Source: a virus
Lineage: Duplodnaviria > Caudoviricetes
Direction: 5' to 3' (one strand)
Length of the DNA stretch: 57,504 bases
IMG/VR virus record: IMGVR_UViG_3300048577_000448
Location: 1 to 57,504 of that record
Part shown: positions 9,971 to 19,251 of the stretch, one piece after another
Numbering within the stretch: the stretch's first letter is position 1
How the letters are laid out: each line of letters opens with the position of its first letter
Notes under the pieces: generated by a model
Database searches by the model: none
What the model was told of the DNA's origin: nothing
What the model saw: only the letters and a program-made list of their open reading frames with translations
Translations under genes and position numbers: made by a program

Positions 9971-12900
9971 TCATGCGATCTGCTCCCGCGTCAGCATCCA
10001 CTCGTGCCAAATCTCGTCGCTGGCGTAGGGGACGGCAAATCCCTCGCTTACAAGCTCGTCGAATGCCTTGAGCGTCAACGAGAAATCTTCCCCGCACATG
10101 GACGGATCGCCATCCATCGCTACGGGCACGTCTCCGACCACTGGCAGGCCCATTTTTCGCAGCCTGTCGCCTAGAGTGGAGCAGTAGCCACGACGTGTTG
10201 ACCGCCAATCGCCCATGATGCTCTCGCACTGCCAGCACGCCGGAACAGCACACGGCTGGCACACCTCGACGATGTTTCCGCCTTTGGTTGGTTCAAGGAT
10301 GGTCATGGCGTTGACTCCTGAACATATGGTCAAGCCTCGCGCCGATGTGTGAACGTACGGCGATCTCCGAGGCGTCAACCAGGGCGCGCACCTCGTCGTG
10401 CTTTCCGGACTTGGCGAGTCGGTAAAACAGCTGGCGCTGCTCGGAGTCGGACGCAGTGATACCCATCGCGGCCGCGTGACGGCGGTCGAGCTTGAGATGG
10501 AGCGTCATAAGACCTCCCGGAGTGGTGGGTGGTTGTTTAGGACGGTGTCAGATACTTTCGGAAATATTGCTGCGCTTGGCCAGCGCAGCAATCGCACTTC
10601 CCTGGACCGTTAGAGGGAGAAGCATTACATTCGACAAGGTGGATAGTGTTTGGACGTTCAAGGTTGAAATATCGAACAATAGCAAGAATAACGGCCTCTG
10701 CCTCTTTCAGTCTATCATCTTCGCTCATCAATTATCCTCTTGCTTCAGGGCGTAGGCGGCGATTCCGTGCGGTCCAAACCGGATGCTATTGCAATCGCAG
10801 TTTGGGCAAATTCGGACGAAAAGTCCTATTGTTTCTTGGCTAGATCCCATCCAGCCACATTGAATACACACTGCATCGCTGCCGTCGCGGATGGCCTCCA
10901 GCGCGGCGCGGTAGGTGGTGATTGTGGTGGTCATGGCTTTTGCCCCTCGCGGAACCCATTGCTTAGCCCGTGCGAACGAAGGAAATCACGGAACAGGTCA
11001 GCCGGACGCAGGCTGTCGCAATTGCGCGCGTTTATCATGGACGCAAATTCCGAATGCCAGAAATTCGGCAAGAAACATGGCATTGGAGACTTAAACGGAA
11101 ACGACTTTAGCCGCGAATAGCTCTCGTGTTTGTCGCAAACAGGCCAGCTTATGCAAACTTCAGGATAGTTCCCATCATCATCCGACCCGAGATAGGCGCA
11201 CCGCTCACATGACGGCCGCATCGGCAGCCCTTCCGCATCCCGCAGCGGCGACCAGAACGCCAAAATTTCGTCTCTCGGCATGGCTATTCCTCGCTCGTTT
11301 GTTTTAACGCTGACACACCGTCTTCGGTGATTTCAAGATGCGTAATGCACGCGCCCTTGTGCGACTTGTACGGCGACGGGAGCATAACACCACGGACAAG
11401 ACCTTCGCGAGCAAGACGGTTGCACACTCCAGGGTTAAATTCTTGCGCTGGCTTCGACCCAGATTGATGCAACAGTTTCAAGGCCTGAATCGCTGCCGGC
11501 TTTAGCGGGTGCGTTTTTTCGCCGTTAAGAGGTTTCATTGGCCTCATCATCCCCATCCGGCCCGCCCCACGGTTCCGGGGCCAGGGCGGCGTGTTTACTC
11601 GGCAGTGAAAGTTTCTCCACATGAGTTGCAACGATAATGATTTTTCTCGAACTCACGGAATACGTCGCAGCCGCATAGACATCTGAAAGACCGGGAAACT
11701 CCTTTTAGTTTAACAATTACGTCTCCCTTGTTTTTTACTTCATTCTCCAGGGCGGCGTAGTGCGGTTTGTCAGGCGCGACCGGCCCGGGGTCTTTGTCCC
11801 AATCGTGCGCGTCAAAGGCGGACTCACACGCGACGCTACCCTGGCGGACGGGGTGTTTGTCAGGCGCGACCATTTCGGTGACGCCACCAATATGGTCAGG
11901 CGCGGCGGCGAGGGCGGCGCGGGCAATGTCTTGCATTTCTTCTTCATCCATGGCGACAAGGACATTGCACCCTTCATCCTCGTCGAAAACTTCAACCTCG
12001 CCATTGGATATCCTTCGCAACGCCTCTTCCGCCTTTTCCGCCCTGGCAACGGCGGCGTCACGCTCGGATGCTGCCAGTTCTGTTGCTAAAGACGCCGTGT
12101 TGAAGTCGCGCTCCAGGCGGTCGGACTCGGTACGTAGAAAGTCACGCTCGGCCACAAGTTGGGCGCGATTGTCACGATCGGCCGTCAGCCGCTCGACCTC
12201 GGCGGCGTGGTCGGCCTTAAGCGCGTCGATCGCCGCTTGCTTGTCGGTGAGGTGGTCGGCGTGCAAAACGTACTTACCATTTGCTTCAGGGCCAAAGCCA
12301 TAATCTGTTGACCCAGATTCATCATAGTGCCAAAAGGTGTCATATCGCTGTATGCTCATCCTCCACCTCGCGCCTTTCCATCCGTAAAGGTTACGTTGTT
12401 CCACTGCATGTTGACGACTTTACCGCAGTTGGTTTCAACGTTGCAAACACATCCGTTGGCGGCTATTATTGTTCCTTTGCAGACAGAGTTTTCGAAAATA
12501 GGCTTGCCTTCGACGGTTCTTCCCAAAACAGAGCTGTCAACGATCCCATAGTTATTATCCCAAAATCTCATAACCACCTCACCCCTTCGTCCTTGTTGAA
12601 ATATCCGTCCTCAATCGCCCCAACCGTCATTGCCAGCGCCATTGCCGACCACTCAAAGCCCCGGCACGTCGTCGCGTCCTGGCCGCTCTCGCGCTCGTCA
12701 TTGTGGTAGGCGCACAGGCCCCACGGCGTTTCGGTGGGCGTGAAATTGTCGCAGTCGCCACACTGGCGCGGCAGGTCGTCGAGTATGTCCATGGGCGGTC
12801 TCACTTGATAAATTCCGCGAGGGCGGTCACAAAGCCCACGGCGGCCCAGAACACGGCGCAGGCAATAGTAAGCTCAACGGCGGCTCGGCCGATCTCCCAA

Positions 12901-13064
12901 CCCGTCGCCGGGTGGTCGTCAAGCGGGGTGTGCACGGGGTCGTCGTCAAGGTTCCAGCACATGGCGGCCTCCTTCGGCGTTGATTGGGGCGGACGTGGTG
13001 ACTTATCGTTTTTCCATGATGGCCTGAAACGCAGCGCCGACCTTTTCTTTAACGGCGTTGTCAA
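9971..13064 (-). other. Run of small hypothetical early genes, several Cys-rich zinc-finger-like (10728-10934, 10931-11281, 11595-12359, 12568-12804)
   Basis: Contiguous - strand ORFs with CxxC pairs and coupled junctions. Confidence 0.55.
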
Positions 13065-13554
13065 GAATGTCGGCTACCTGAGACTTTACAGCGTTACTGA
13101 CACTGTTTTGGACGGTTTGAGCAGCGTTTTTCACGATTCGCTCAATGCCTTCGTTGACCAATTCTCCAATTTTCCACTGAATCCACGTTCTTGATTCGGT
13201 GGTGCAGCCACTCAAGCGTTCGCCTCGACTGTTGACAGGATGTAGAATGACTGCATCGAATCGGCTTTTGATGTAGTCGTCCACGCTGCCGACAAACACT
13301 TTTTTGCCCCATTCGCCGGTCAAGACGATCTCTTCATTCAAGAAGTTTTGCATCCTGGCCTTGACTTGGTCTTCAACGGTAGCGGCGACTTCTTCCGTGA
13401 ACTTTGCAAACTCTTCGTTGGCGAAGCGGCCCTTCATCTCCTGAACAAGAGAGTCACGCATCTTCTGACGGAAGAGTTCTTCGAAGGTTGACGACTCATT
13501 GTCGTAGTTTGGCAAAAGGTCGTCGGTATCAACGGTAAAATTGAGAGTTGCCAT
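13003..13554 (-). CDS. Hypothetical protein (183 aa, helical)
   Basis: Strong AAGGAGAGG Shine-Dalgarno, long clean ORF. Confidence 0.75.
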   Translation of the reverse strand: MATLNFTVDTDDLLPNYDNESSTFEELFRQKMRDSLVQEMKGRFANEEFAKFTEEVAATVEDQVKARMQNFLNEEIVLTGEWGKKVFVGSVDDYIKSRFDAVILHPVNSRGERLSGCTTESRTWIQWKIGELVNEGIERIVKNAAQTVQNSVSNAVKSQVADILDNAVKEKVGAAFQAIMEKR

Positions 13555-13746
13555 GGATTACCTCTCCTTGTGGTTGGTTGTCGGCAAAACGCCACGCACA
13601 GGGCCTGGACTGCAATCGGTTACGTCCAAGCCCTGGCGCGACTGCCAAGTGCAGCCTGTAGACAGGCCCCGCCATATGAGCGCTGGCGGGCAGCAGGTGG
13701 GGGTGGGGAGCAGCCTACGTCCGACTAGGGGAGAGGTCGCAGGCTG

Positions 13747-13901
13747 TGGAGATGGATCGATGGCCGGGCGCTACGCCGGCTCTAGCTTGAGTCCTTGGTG
13801 CACCAAGTTTCCGCACTTCCTTCGACTCAGGAAGGTCTAGACGCATACCTCTGCGTGTCTTCGCTCCTTTCGGATTTCCACGCCGCATCGATCCATCTCC
13901 A
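13747..13901 (-). ncRNA. Structured RNA motif, copy A
   Basis: Perfect 16-bp outer stem UGGAGAUGGAUCGAUG/CAUCGAUCCAUCUCCA, GCGUG-GAAA..-CACGC arm, UCUAG/CUAGA arm, GCCGG-loop-CCGGC arm. Confidence 0.75.
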
Positions 13902-14656
13902 AAACCCGGCCTGCCAACCTACATAAGCCTCCCAAGTTGGAACTTAGGGCTTCGGCAGGACAGGCCGGGTGAATCAAATTACATGCATCAATTGTGTATG
14001 GCCTGCTTACGATGCCGGCAGGATCGGCTTACAGCTTACACCGGCCTTTTCGGTGTGCCGCATGGTTGCGTCTCCGTTGTAAGGTTAAAATGCCTCGGTA
14101 CTCCACTCTTTACCCGAGGCGACTATCTGCCCATTAGGGCGGCGCAGGGATGGTCAAGCATTGCCGAAGGTGGTGACGATGGGGTCGTGGTCGTTCTTGG
14201 GGCCTTCACGAATCATGGCGTTCTCCTTTTTGGGTTTATCGAAAATTTCCGCCGTATACGGCCTGGAACCGTACCGTGCGGTGCGCCGTCGTGGGGCGCT
14301 GCTTCTGGGGCATGGCTGGCTAGGGTAGCCAGTCGGGGATGAGGATGATCATGGGTGATCGTTTAGCCGCCTAACCCGATGGCGGCCGGCCTGTCGCAGT
14401 TTGGTGCTGCGACGTTGTTGGCCTAGCTTGATGATTCTTTGCCTACCTTTGCCTGGACAGTCGGCTGTCGGCTCTAAGCCTTGCGTCCCCCGACCTTGTT
14501 CGGCATCCGGGTTTACGGGGCCTCCGGGGTAGCTTTGATCTTGCTACGGCCAAAGATAGGCAAATTTGGCGTCCCCGCCCGCTCTCGCGAGAACCTGCAC
14601 CAGCCTGCCAGTGATGGCGGTCAAGCCAGTGACATGTGTTTCGGGGACGTGAGTTG

Positions 14657-14803
14657 CTACTTGCTGGAAGACTTCGACTTGACGCCGCCGCAAACGGTGC
14701 AGCGGTCTCCCTTCATGCCTTCGTTGTGAACGCGGTTGTTGTCGCCGTACTTCTTGTCCTGATAGTTGTGCTTGCACGAACACTGGCGGATTGTGGTTCC
14801 CAT
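14657..14803 (-). CDS. Small Cys/His-rich protein (48 aa)
   Basis: AAGGAG Shine-Dalgarno; MGTTIRQCSCKH...HNE...CTVCGG. Confidence 0.65.
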   Translation of the reverse strand: MGTTIRQCSCKHNYQDKKYGDNNRVHNEGMKGDRCTVCGGVKSKSSSK

Positions 14804-14836
14804 GGCTGTCTCCTTGTGTTGTTGTGTGTAAGTTGC

Positions 14837-14987
14837 TTGGCACTTCAACGGATGGCTGGCCGGTCGCCTGCCGGCTGTTCGCTCCCAAACCTGTGCAGTC
14901 CGCTTTTGGCTTTTTCCTGCCTCGGCATGTGATCGGGCATTCAGCATGGCGCGCTTTCCACGCCGCAGCCATCCGTAGAAATGCCAA
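14837..14987 (-). ncRNA. Structured RNA motif, copy C
   Basis: Outer stem UUGGCAUUUCUACGGAUGGCUG/CAGCCAUCCGUUGAAGUGCCAA, GCGUG-GAAAGCGCGC-CAUGC arm, GCCGG-loop-CCGGC arm. Confidence 0.75.
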
Positions 14988-15139
14988 AAGTCGAGTCTCA
15001 AAGTGGAGGGCGGAATCCTTGAAAAGCTTTTGCCTGACGCGCGCTAGCCCATTGGGCACTTTCGTCCATAGCTACTTGCTGTGTCTGTCGCGCTGATTCA
15101 CAGTCAAAGATTGTTTCCGCCCTCCCTTCAAAACCCGAC

Positions 15140-15325
15140 TTATCTAAACGAGCATGTCACGATTCGCCGATCAACCAGCGCCTTGACGATCACCAGCCCT
15201 TGCGCTCCACGCTGCACCGTCACCGGACAGCCGCCGATGGTGTAGTCTCCAGCCGGCAGCGACTTGAGGTGCGTGCGGGAAACCTTGAGACGCCCTTCGA
15301 TCTGCTTAATCTGCACTTGGCGCAT
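15140..15325 (-). CDS. Small basic protein, first gene of the leftward early transcript
   Basis: 61 aa, GAGG Shine-Dalgarno. Confidence 0.55.
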   Translation of the reverse strand: MRQVQIKQIEGRLKVSRTHLKSLPAGDYTIGGCPVTVQRGAQGLVIVKALVDRRIVTCSFR

Positions 15326-15602
15326 GACATCCTCGCTTATCGAAAATGTTTTTGGCGGCCGGCCCTGCGACCTTGTTCCGCCCGCCCACCGTGGGGCATG
15401 TCTCGATCGGAAATCTAGAATCTCGTCTCCCCGTCCATCCCACTCCGCGTCTCGTCCGTCCCTTGGGAGCGTCCGGCCTCAGGCTCGGCTCGTCATCCCG
15501 GTTTGCCGGCGTCTGCGTCAGGTTCAGTCAGGAGTCCCGCCGCGCTTCCCCGTTTGACCCGTGGGTGGACTTGGGGTGTGGTGCGCGTCGTTGAGGAGAT
15601 AC

Positions 15603-15649
15603 TTGCACGCGTGCAAAAATATAGCAAGCAGAAATTTGCGCGCGTGCAA
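15603..15649. promoter_or_regulatory. Left operators (two palindromes) overlapping a putative leftward early promoter
   Basis: TTGCACGCGTGCAA at 15603-15616 and TTGCGCGCGTGCAA at 15636-15649; TTGCTA -35-like box between them on the - strand. Confidence 0.85.
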
Positions 15650-15658
15650 TCTAATGAA

Positions 15659-15682
15659 TAAAAAAATCCCGCCGAAGCGGGA
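15659..15682 (-). terminator. Terminator downstream of the repressor gene
   Basis: - strand TCCCGC-TTCG-GCGGGA followed by a T run. Confidence 0.75.
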
Positions 15683-15786
15683 CAGGGAGACTAGGGCCAT
15701 AAAATTTTTTTGTCAGGCTCAATGCCCGGGGTTAATCCGAGCCACCTCCTACTCAGAGCTATTCGTCAACAGGTTTTAATCATCAT

Positions 15787-16161
15787 CTATTCGCTGATTT
15801 TATTAACCATCCCAACGATAACTTTTTTCCCCTCCTGATCATTGTCGATAATACGCGCTAATTTTTCGAGGAAGGCCTTGTCTTCCTTGGCAATCGTTGC
15901 CAACGCCTGACCCTTGTCTCCAAATAGTGCCTCGACAAGCCTTTCCATCGGCACCTCCAAGGCCTCCATAATAGCCGTCAACTTGTCGATTCTGCAATAG
16001 GATATATCTACCTGGCCGTTGACCCATCGGCTGATAGATGACGACGAAACATTTAGTTTTTTTGCAACGGCTACTTGCGTTCCTTCTTTTGCAATAGCTT
16101 CCCTTACAATTTCAACAATAAAATCAACAACTTTCTTTTCAAATTGTCCGTACTTATTCAC
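15787..16161 (-). CDS. CI-like HTH repressor
   Basis: XRE HTH TQVAVAKKLNVSSSSISRWVNG; GTG start after AAGGGGGAAGG; flanked by operator pairs and divergent from a cro-like gene. Confidence 0.8.
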   Translation of the reverse strand: MNKYGQFEKKVVDFIVEIVREAIAKEGTQVAVAKKLNVSSSSISRWVNGQVDISYCRIDKLTAIMEALEVPMERLVEALFGDKGQALATIAKEDKAFLEKLARIIDNDQEGKKVIVGMVNKISE

Positions 16162-16222
16162 GCCTTCCCCCTTGGTTGTCAAAAATGACTTACCAAATAG
16201 CCCATTGCATGGGTGGGAAATA

Positions 16223-16274
16223 TTGCTCGCGTGCAAACTTTGCCCTTGCCTTTTTCGTTGCACGCGTGCAATAT
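16223..16274. promoter_or_regulatory. Right operators (two palindromes) and putative rightward promoter
   Basis: TTGCTCGCGTGCAA at 16223-16236, TTGCACGCGTGCAA at 16258-16271; TTGCCT-17 bp-CAATAT. Confidence 0.85.
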
Positions 16275-16280
16275 CTCGGC

Positions 16281-16631
16281 ATGGAAAGCCAATCAAAAAC
16301 CCAACTGTCGATGATCTTGGCCGACAAGGGGCTGAATTATACCGAGACTGCAAAGCTTCTTGAGCCATTTCTTGGTACCTCTACCTATCCATCGACTGTG
16401 ATGCGTCACGCCGAGGGTGGGTCAATATCTGGTGCTTTTGTCATCGCATATTCAAAGGCTTTGCGTGTTTCTTCGGATGTTGTCCTTGGAATTCGTCCCT
16501 ATGCTTGCCGTGAAAGCCGTACACGGTCCAAGGAATCCGGCGTGAGCATGGCGACGTTGAGTCACCCCACCGTCCACCTTGTCCCCACCCCGTCCACCGC
16601 CCATCAACCTCAACTCGAGGAGTCGATATGA
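16281..16631 (+). CDS. Cro-like HTH regulator
   Basis: Divergent from the repressor; GLNYTETAKLL...PSTVMRH HTH-like. Confidence 0.7.
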   Translation: MESQSKTQLSMILADKGLNYTETAKLLEPFLGTSTYPSTVMRHAEGGSISGAFVIAYSKALRVSSDVVLGIRPYACRESRTRSKESGVSMATLSHPTVHLVPTPSTAHQPQLEESI

Positions 16632-16742
16632 TCGTTTGCAAACCCGTCCACGGTTACGTGCTGTACGCGGAGACTGCCGAGGAGCGCGAAAAGCTGGACG
16701 CTGTCGTGGCTGGCCTCCGCGTACTGGTTTACGGTTCGCCGG

Positions 16743-17009
16743 TTACCGGAGGTTCGTCGCAAGCCACTGATTCGTCTCTGCCGGACCAAAACCAGAATAC
16801 GGAAGGGCCAGCGTAACCACGTAAACATGGTCGTTGGCGTCCATGTGCTGACGCATTAAGTCGCTCACTTGCTTCGCCGTCTGCGCCGACACAATAGCGT
16901 AGGAAGATTCGGACAACTGGACGTTGGAGTGTTTTCGGATGGCGGCGAGCAAGTTGGTGTAGTCTCTGCCTGGTTTTTTCAAATCATACGTGACGAGGTA
17001 AACGGACAT
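16743..17009 (-). CDS. Cas2/VapD-like ferredoxin-fold small protein (stand-alone moron)
   Basis: YLVTYDL N-terminal strand and QLSESSY; GGAGG Shine-Dalgarno; antisense to the surrounding operon. Confidence 0.7.
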   Translation of the reverse strand: MSVYLVTYDLKKPGRDYTNLLAAIRKHSNVQLSESSYAIVSAQTAKQVSDLMRQHMDANDHVYVVTLALPYSGFGPAETNQWLATNLR

Positions 17010-17200
17010 GAAATTTCCTCCGGTAAAGGGTTCCGATAAATACTATCAGGCTACCGAAACCACGCCTCCGGTGTCCAGTCTGTTTACCCTGCATAAACGC
17101 GAGGGGGATGCGTAATGGGCGACACCACCATGCTGGCCGTCTGTCTGGCGGCGATTGCGGCGGCGGTCGGGCTGTGCGTGGCGTGGAGGAGGTGGCCGCA

Positions 17201-17839
17201 GTGATTGCCGCCCTCTACGTCCAGACTGGAGGATGTTATTTCGGCCTGCCGCATGTCGATCCCTGGGACCAGTCGCGTGACGCCCGGCTCTATGCCGGCC
17301 CCTATCCTATCGTGGCGCATCCTCCCTGCGAACGCTGGGGGCGCTACTGGGGCGGCTCTCCGACGACATTCCCCAGGCTCAAAAAGGGCGACGACGGCGG
17401 ATGCTTCAAGGCCGCTCTTGCCGCTATCAGAACTTGGGGAGGCATATTGGAGCATCCCGAGGGGTCGGCCGCATGGCACGCTCATGGTCTGGTCAAACCG
17501 CCTCGCTCTGGCGGATGGATTAAGGCCGACTGCATGCTTGGTTTCGAGGGCTGGACGTGCTGCGTCGAGCAAGGGGCTTATGGCCATAAGGCCCGCAAGG
17601 CGACTTGGCTGTACGCTCATGGCGTTGCCCTCCCGAATCTCAAGTGGGGACGAGCTCCCGGCAACTTCCTGCGCCTGGAAGACGGATTTCATAGCGCCGA
17701 GGAAAGACGCCGGGCCATTAAAACCGAGATTTGCCAGCGCCTGTCTAAGCGCCAACGCGCCGCCACGCCGATTCAATTTCGCGACCTCCTAATTTCCATC
17801 GCCAGGACAGCCGTCACTTTTGAGCAGGTGGCGTCATGA
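17201..17839 (+). CDS. Conserved phage protein, possibly a degenerate cytosine methyltransferase-like fold
   Basis: IAALYV start, VAHPPC, ILEHP and YGH.ARKATWLY echo C5-MTase motifs IV, VI and VIII; GGAGGAGG Shine-Dalgarno. Confidence 0.55.
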   Translation: MIAALYVQTGGCYFGLPHVDPWDQSRDARLYAGPYPIVAHPPCERWGRYWGGSPTTFPRLKKGDDGGCFKAALAAIRTWGGILEHPEGSAAWHAHGLVKPPRSGGWIKADCMLGFEGWTCCVEQGAYGHKARKATWLYAHGVALPNLKWGRAPGNFLRLEDGFHSAEERRRAIKTEICQRLSKRQRAATPIQFRDLLISIARTAVTFEQVAS

Positions 17840-18149
17840 CCACTAGCCTCACAAAACACTTTCCCGCCGACGTCCACCCCGTGACGAACCAACTACACGT
17901 CGCCGGGCGCACCGCAGTCTCCAATGGGGAGCATCAGCTGAAATTGTGTTTTACCGGGCCAGCGTTTGAGAGCCATACGCACGGCGTCTCGCTGCATCTC
18001 TTCCAGGCTTGCCCCGTCTCTAGGCTTAAATTTTCTCCAGTCTATGGCCGCTGCGCGCGTTACGCGAATCAACACCGTTATTAGGCTGGGGGCCGCGTTG
18101 TCGCGGGACGGGTAAATTTCGATGTTTTGCATGGTTGGAGGTTATAGCC

Positions 18150-18638
18150 ATGGCCCGAAAACAACAGGACAAAATTGGAACTGAAATGCCCTATACGTCG
18201 AGACATTTCTATCGGGCTTGTTTGAAGCTTTTTGGAGACGACGGCTTTTTCAAGTTTTTCAAAGTCGGCGTCCGAGAGGCCTACCGCTGGGGGGCCAATC
18301 CCCGCCACTGCGAAGACATCCGGCGCAATCCTTTGGAAATGTTGGAAGCGGCCGTGGAAGAACTCGACATTCTTGGCGAAGATGAAATTGCATTGACCCC
18401 AGCGCGAGTCCTGGCCGCCAAGGTTCGGCATCGCGTCGTGCCCTGTGAATGCTCTCCTGACGGAGAAAACATGCACCATGAGATGTTCCAGGGGAATCAG
18501 GCCGTAAGCGCGTTCTACCGGGCCATAGATGGTGGTGTCGGCCATCTTGAATCTCGGCCGATGCTTGATCGTGCCATCAAGGAGCTTGAAGACGTTTGGG
18601 ATCGCCGCCGCCGAGAAGAGAGCGGGGAGGCGCTGTAA
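18150..18638 (+). CDS. CII-like phage regulatory protein
   Basis: Position after cro; VREAYRW..NP..RRNPLE helical pattern. Confidence 0.5.
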   Translation: MARKQQDKIGTEMPYTSRHFYRACLKLFGDDGFFKFFKVGVREAYRWGANPRHCEDIRRNPLEMLEAAVEELDILGEDEIALTPARVLAAKVRHRVVPCECSPDGENMHHEMFQGNQAVSAFYRAIDGGVGHLESRPMLDRAIKELEDVWDRRRREESGEAL

Positions 18639-18845
18639 CATGAGCCGCACACTTTGGCGCGCAGACAATCAGGCCTGGGGCACGAGCGAGATGGTGCGGT
18701 TGGGTAAGAAGTTCCAGTGCATCTACGGCCTAGGGCGCACGGACTACGAGACGTGCGCGGCACGGTGTAGGGACCACAACAAGACGTGCTTTCGCAGCGG
18801 GTCGGCCTGCTCCAAAGGTGCGTACGCGATGACGATGGTGGTACA

Positions 18846-19250
18846 ATGAGCGAAACAATTCCGTGCAATTATTCGGACATGGATGAGGCCGAGCTTCGCA
18901 ACGTCGTTAGAGCGCTCAAGGAAATGGCGAAAAACGCCAAGACTCGCGCCAAGAAGAAGCTGTTTGACAACCGCGCCAGGGCCGCCCGCCGTCACCTTCC
19001 GCCGCAGGAATGCGCCGCGCCTGATTGCACCAACATGTGCGCTCCTGGAAATGAGTATTGCAGTGGAAAGTGTTCTGGCCGTGCGGCGTCGTTTACCAAA
19101 AATCGCTTCAATCCTGAATACGCTTACCGCAGCCGATCGTACTATCGACCGGAACACAAGAACGCCTACGAAATCACGGGCGAGATCGACGCGCTTTTCG
19201 AGCAACCTGTGTGGCGTGACGCCATCCAGCAACCGTTTACGGGAGTTTAG
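18846..19250 (+). CDS. Zinc-finger hypothetical protein
   Basis: CAAPDC...YCSGKC motif. Confidence 0.55.
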   Translation: MSETIPCNYSDMDEAELRNVVRALKEMAKNAKTRAKKKLFDNRARAARRHLPPQECAAPDCTNMCAPGNEYCSGKCSGRAASFTKNRFNPEYAYRSRSYYRPEHKNAYEITGEIDALFEQPVWRDAIQQPFTGV

Positions 19251-19251
19251 C

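Noticed and set aside
13560-15000. Canonical tRNA genes
   Set aside because: The cloverleaf-like elements lack a proper TTCG T-loop and a 7-nt anticodon loop
14544-15059. Long - strand ORFs across the structured leader (171 aa and the N-terminal part of the 114 aa ORF)
   Set aside because: No SD or recognisable motifs, and they overlap covarying RNA stems; only 14657-14803 has a good SD
16743-17009. CRISPR-Cas locus
   Set aside because: No repeat-spacer array or cas1 seen anywhere in the window
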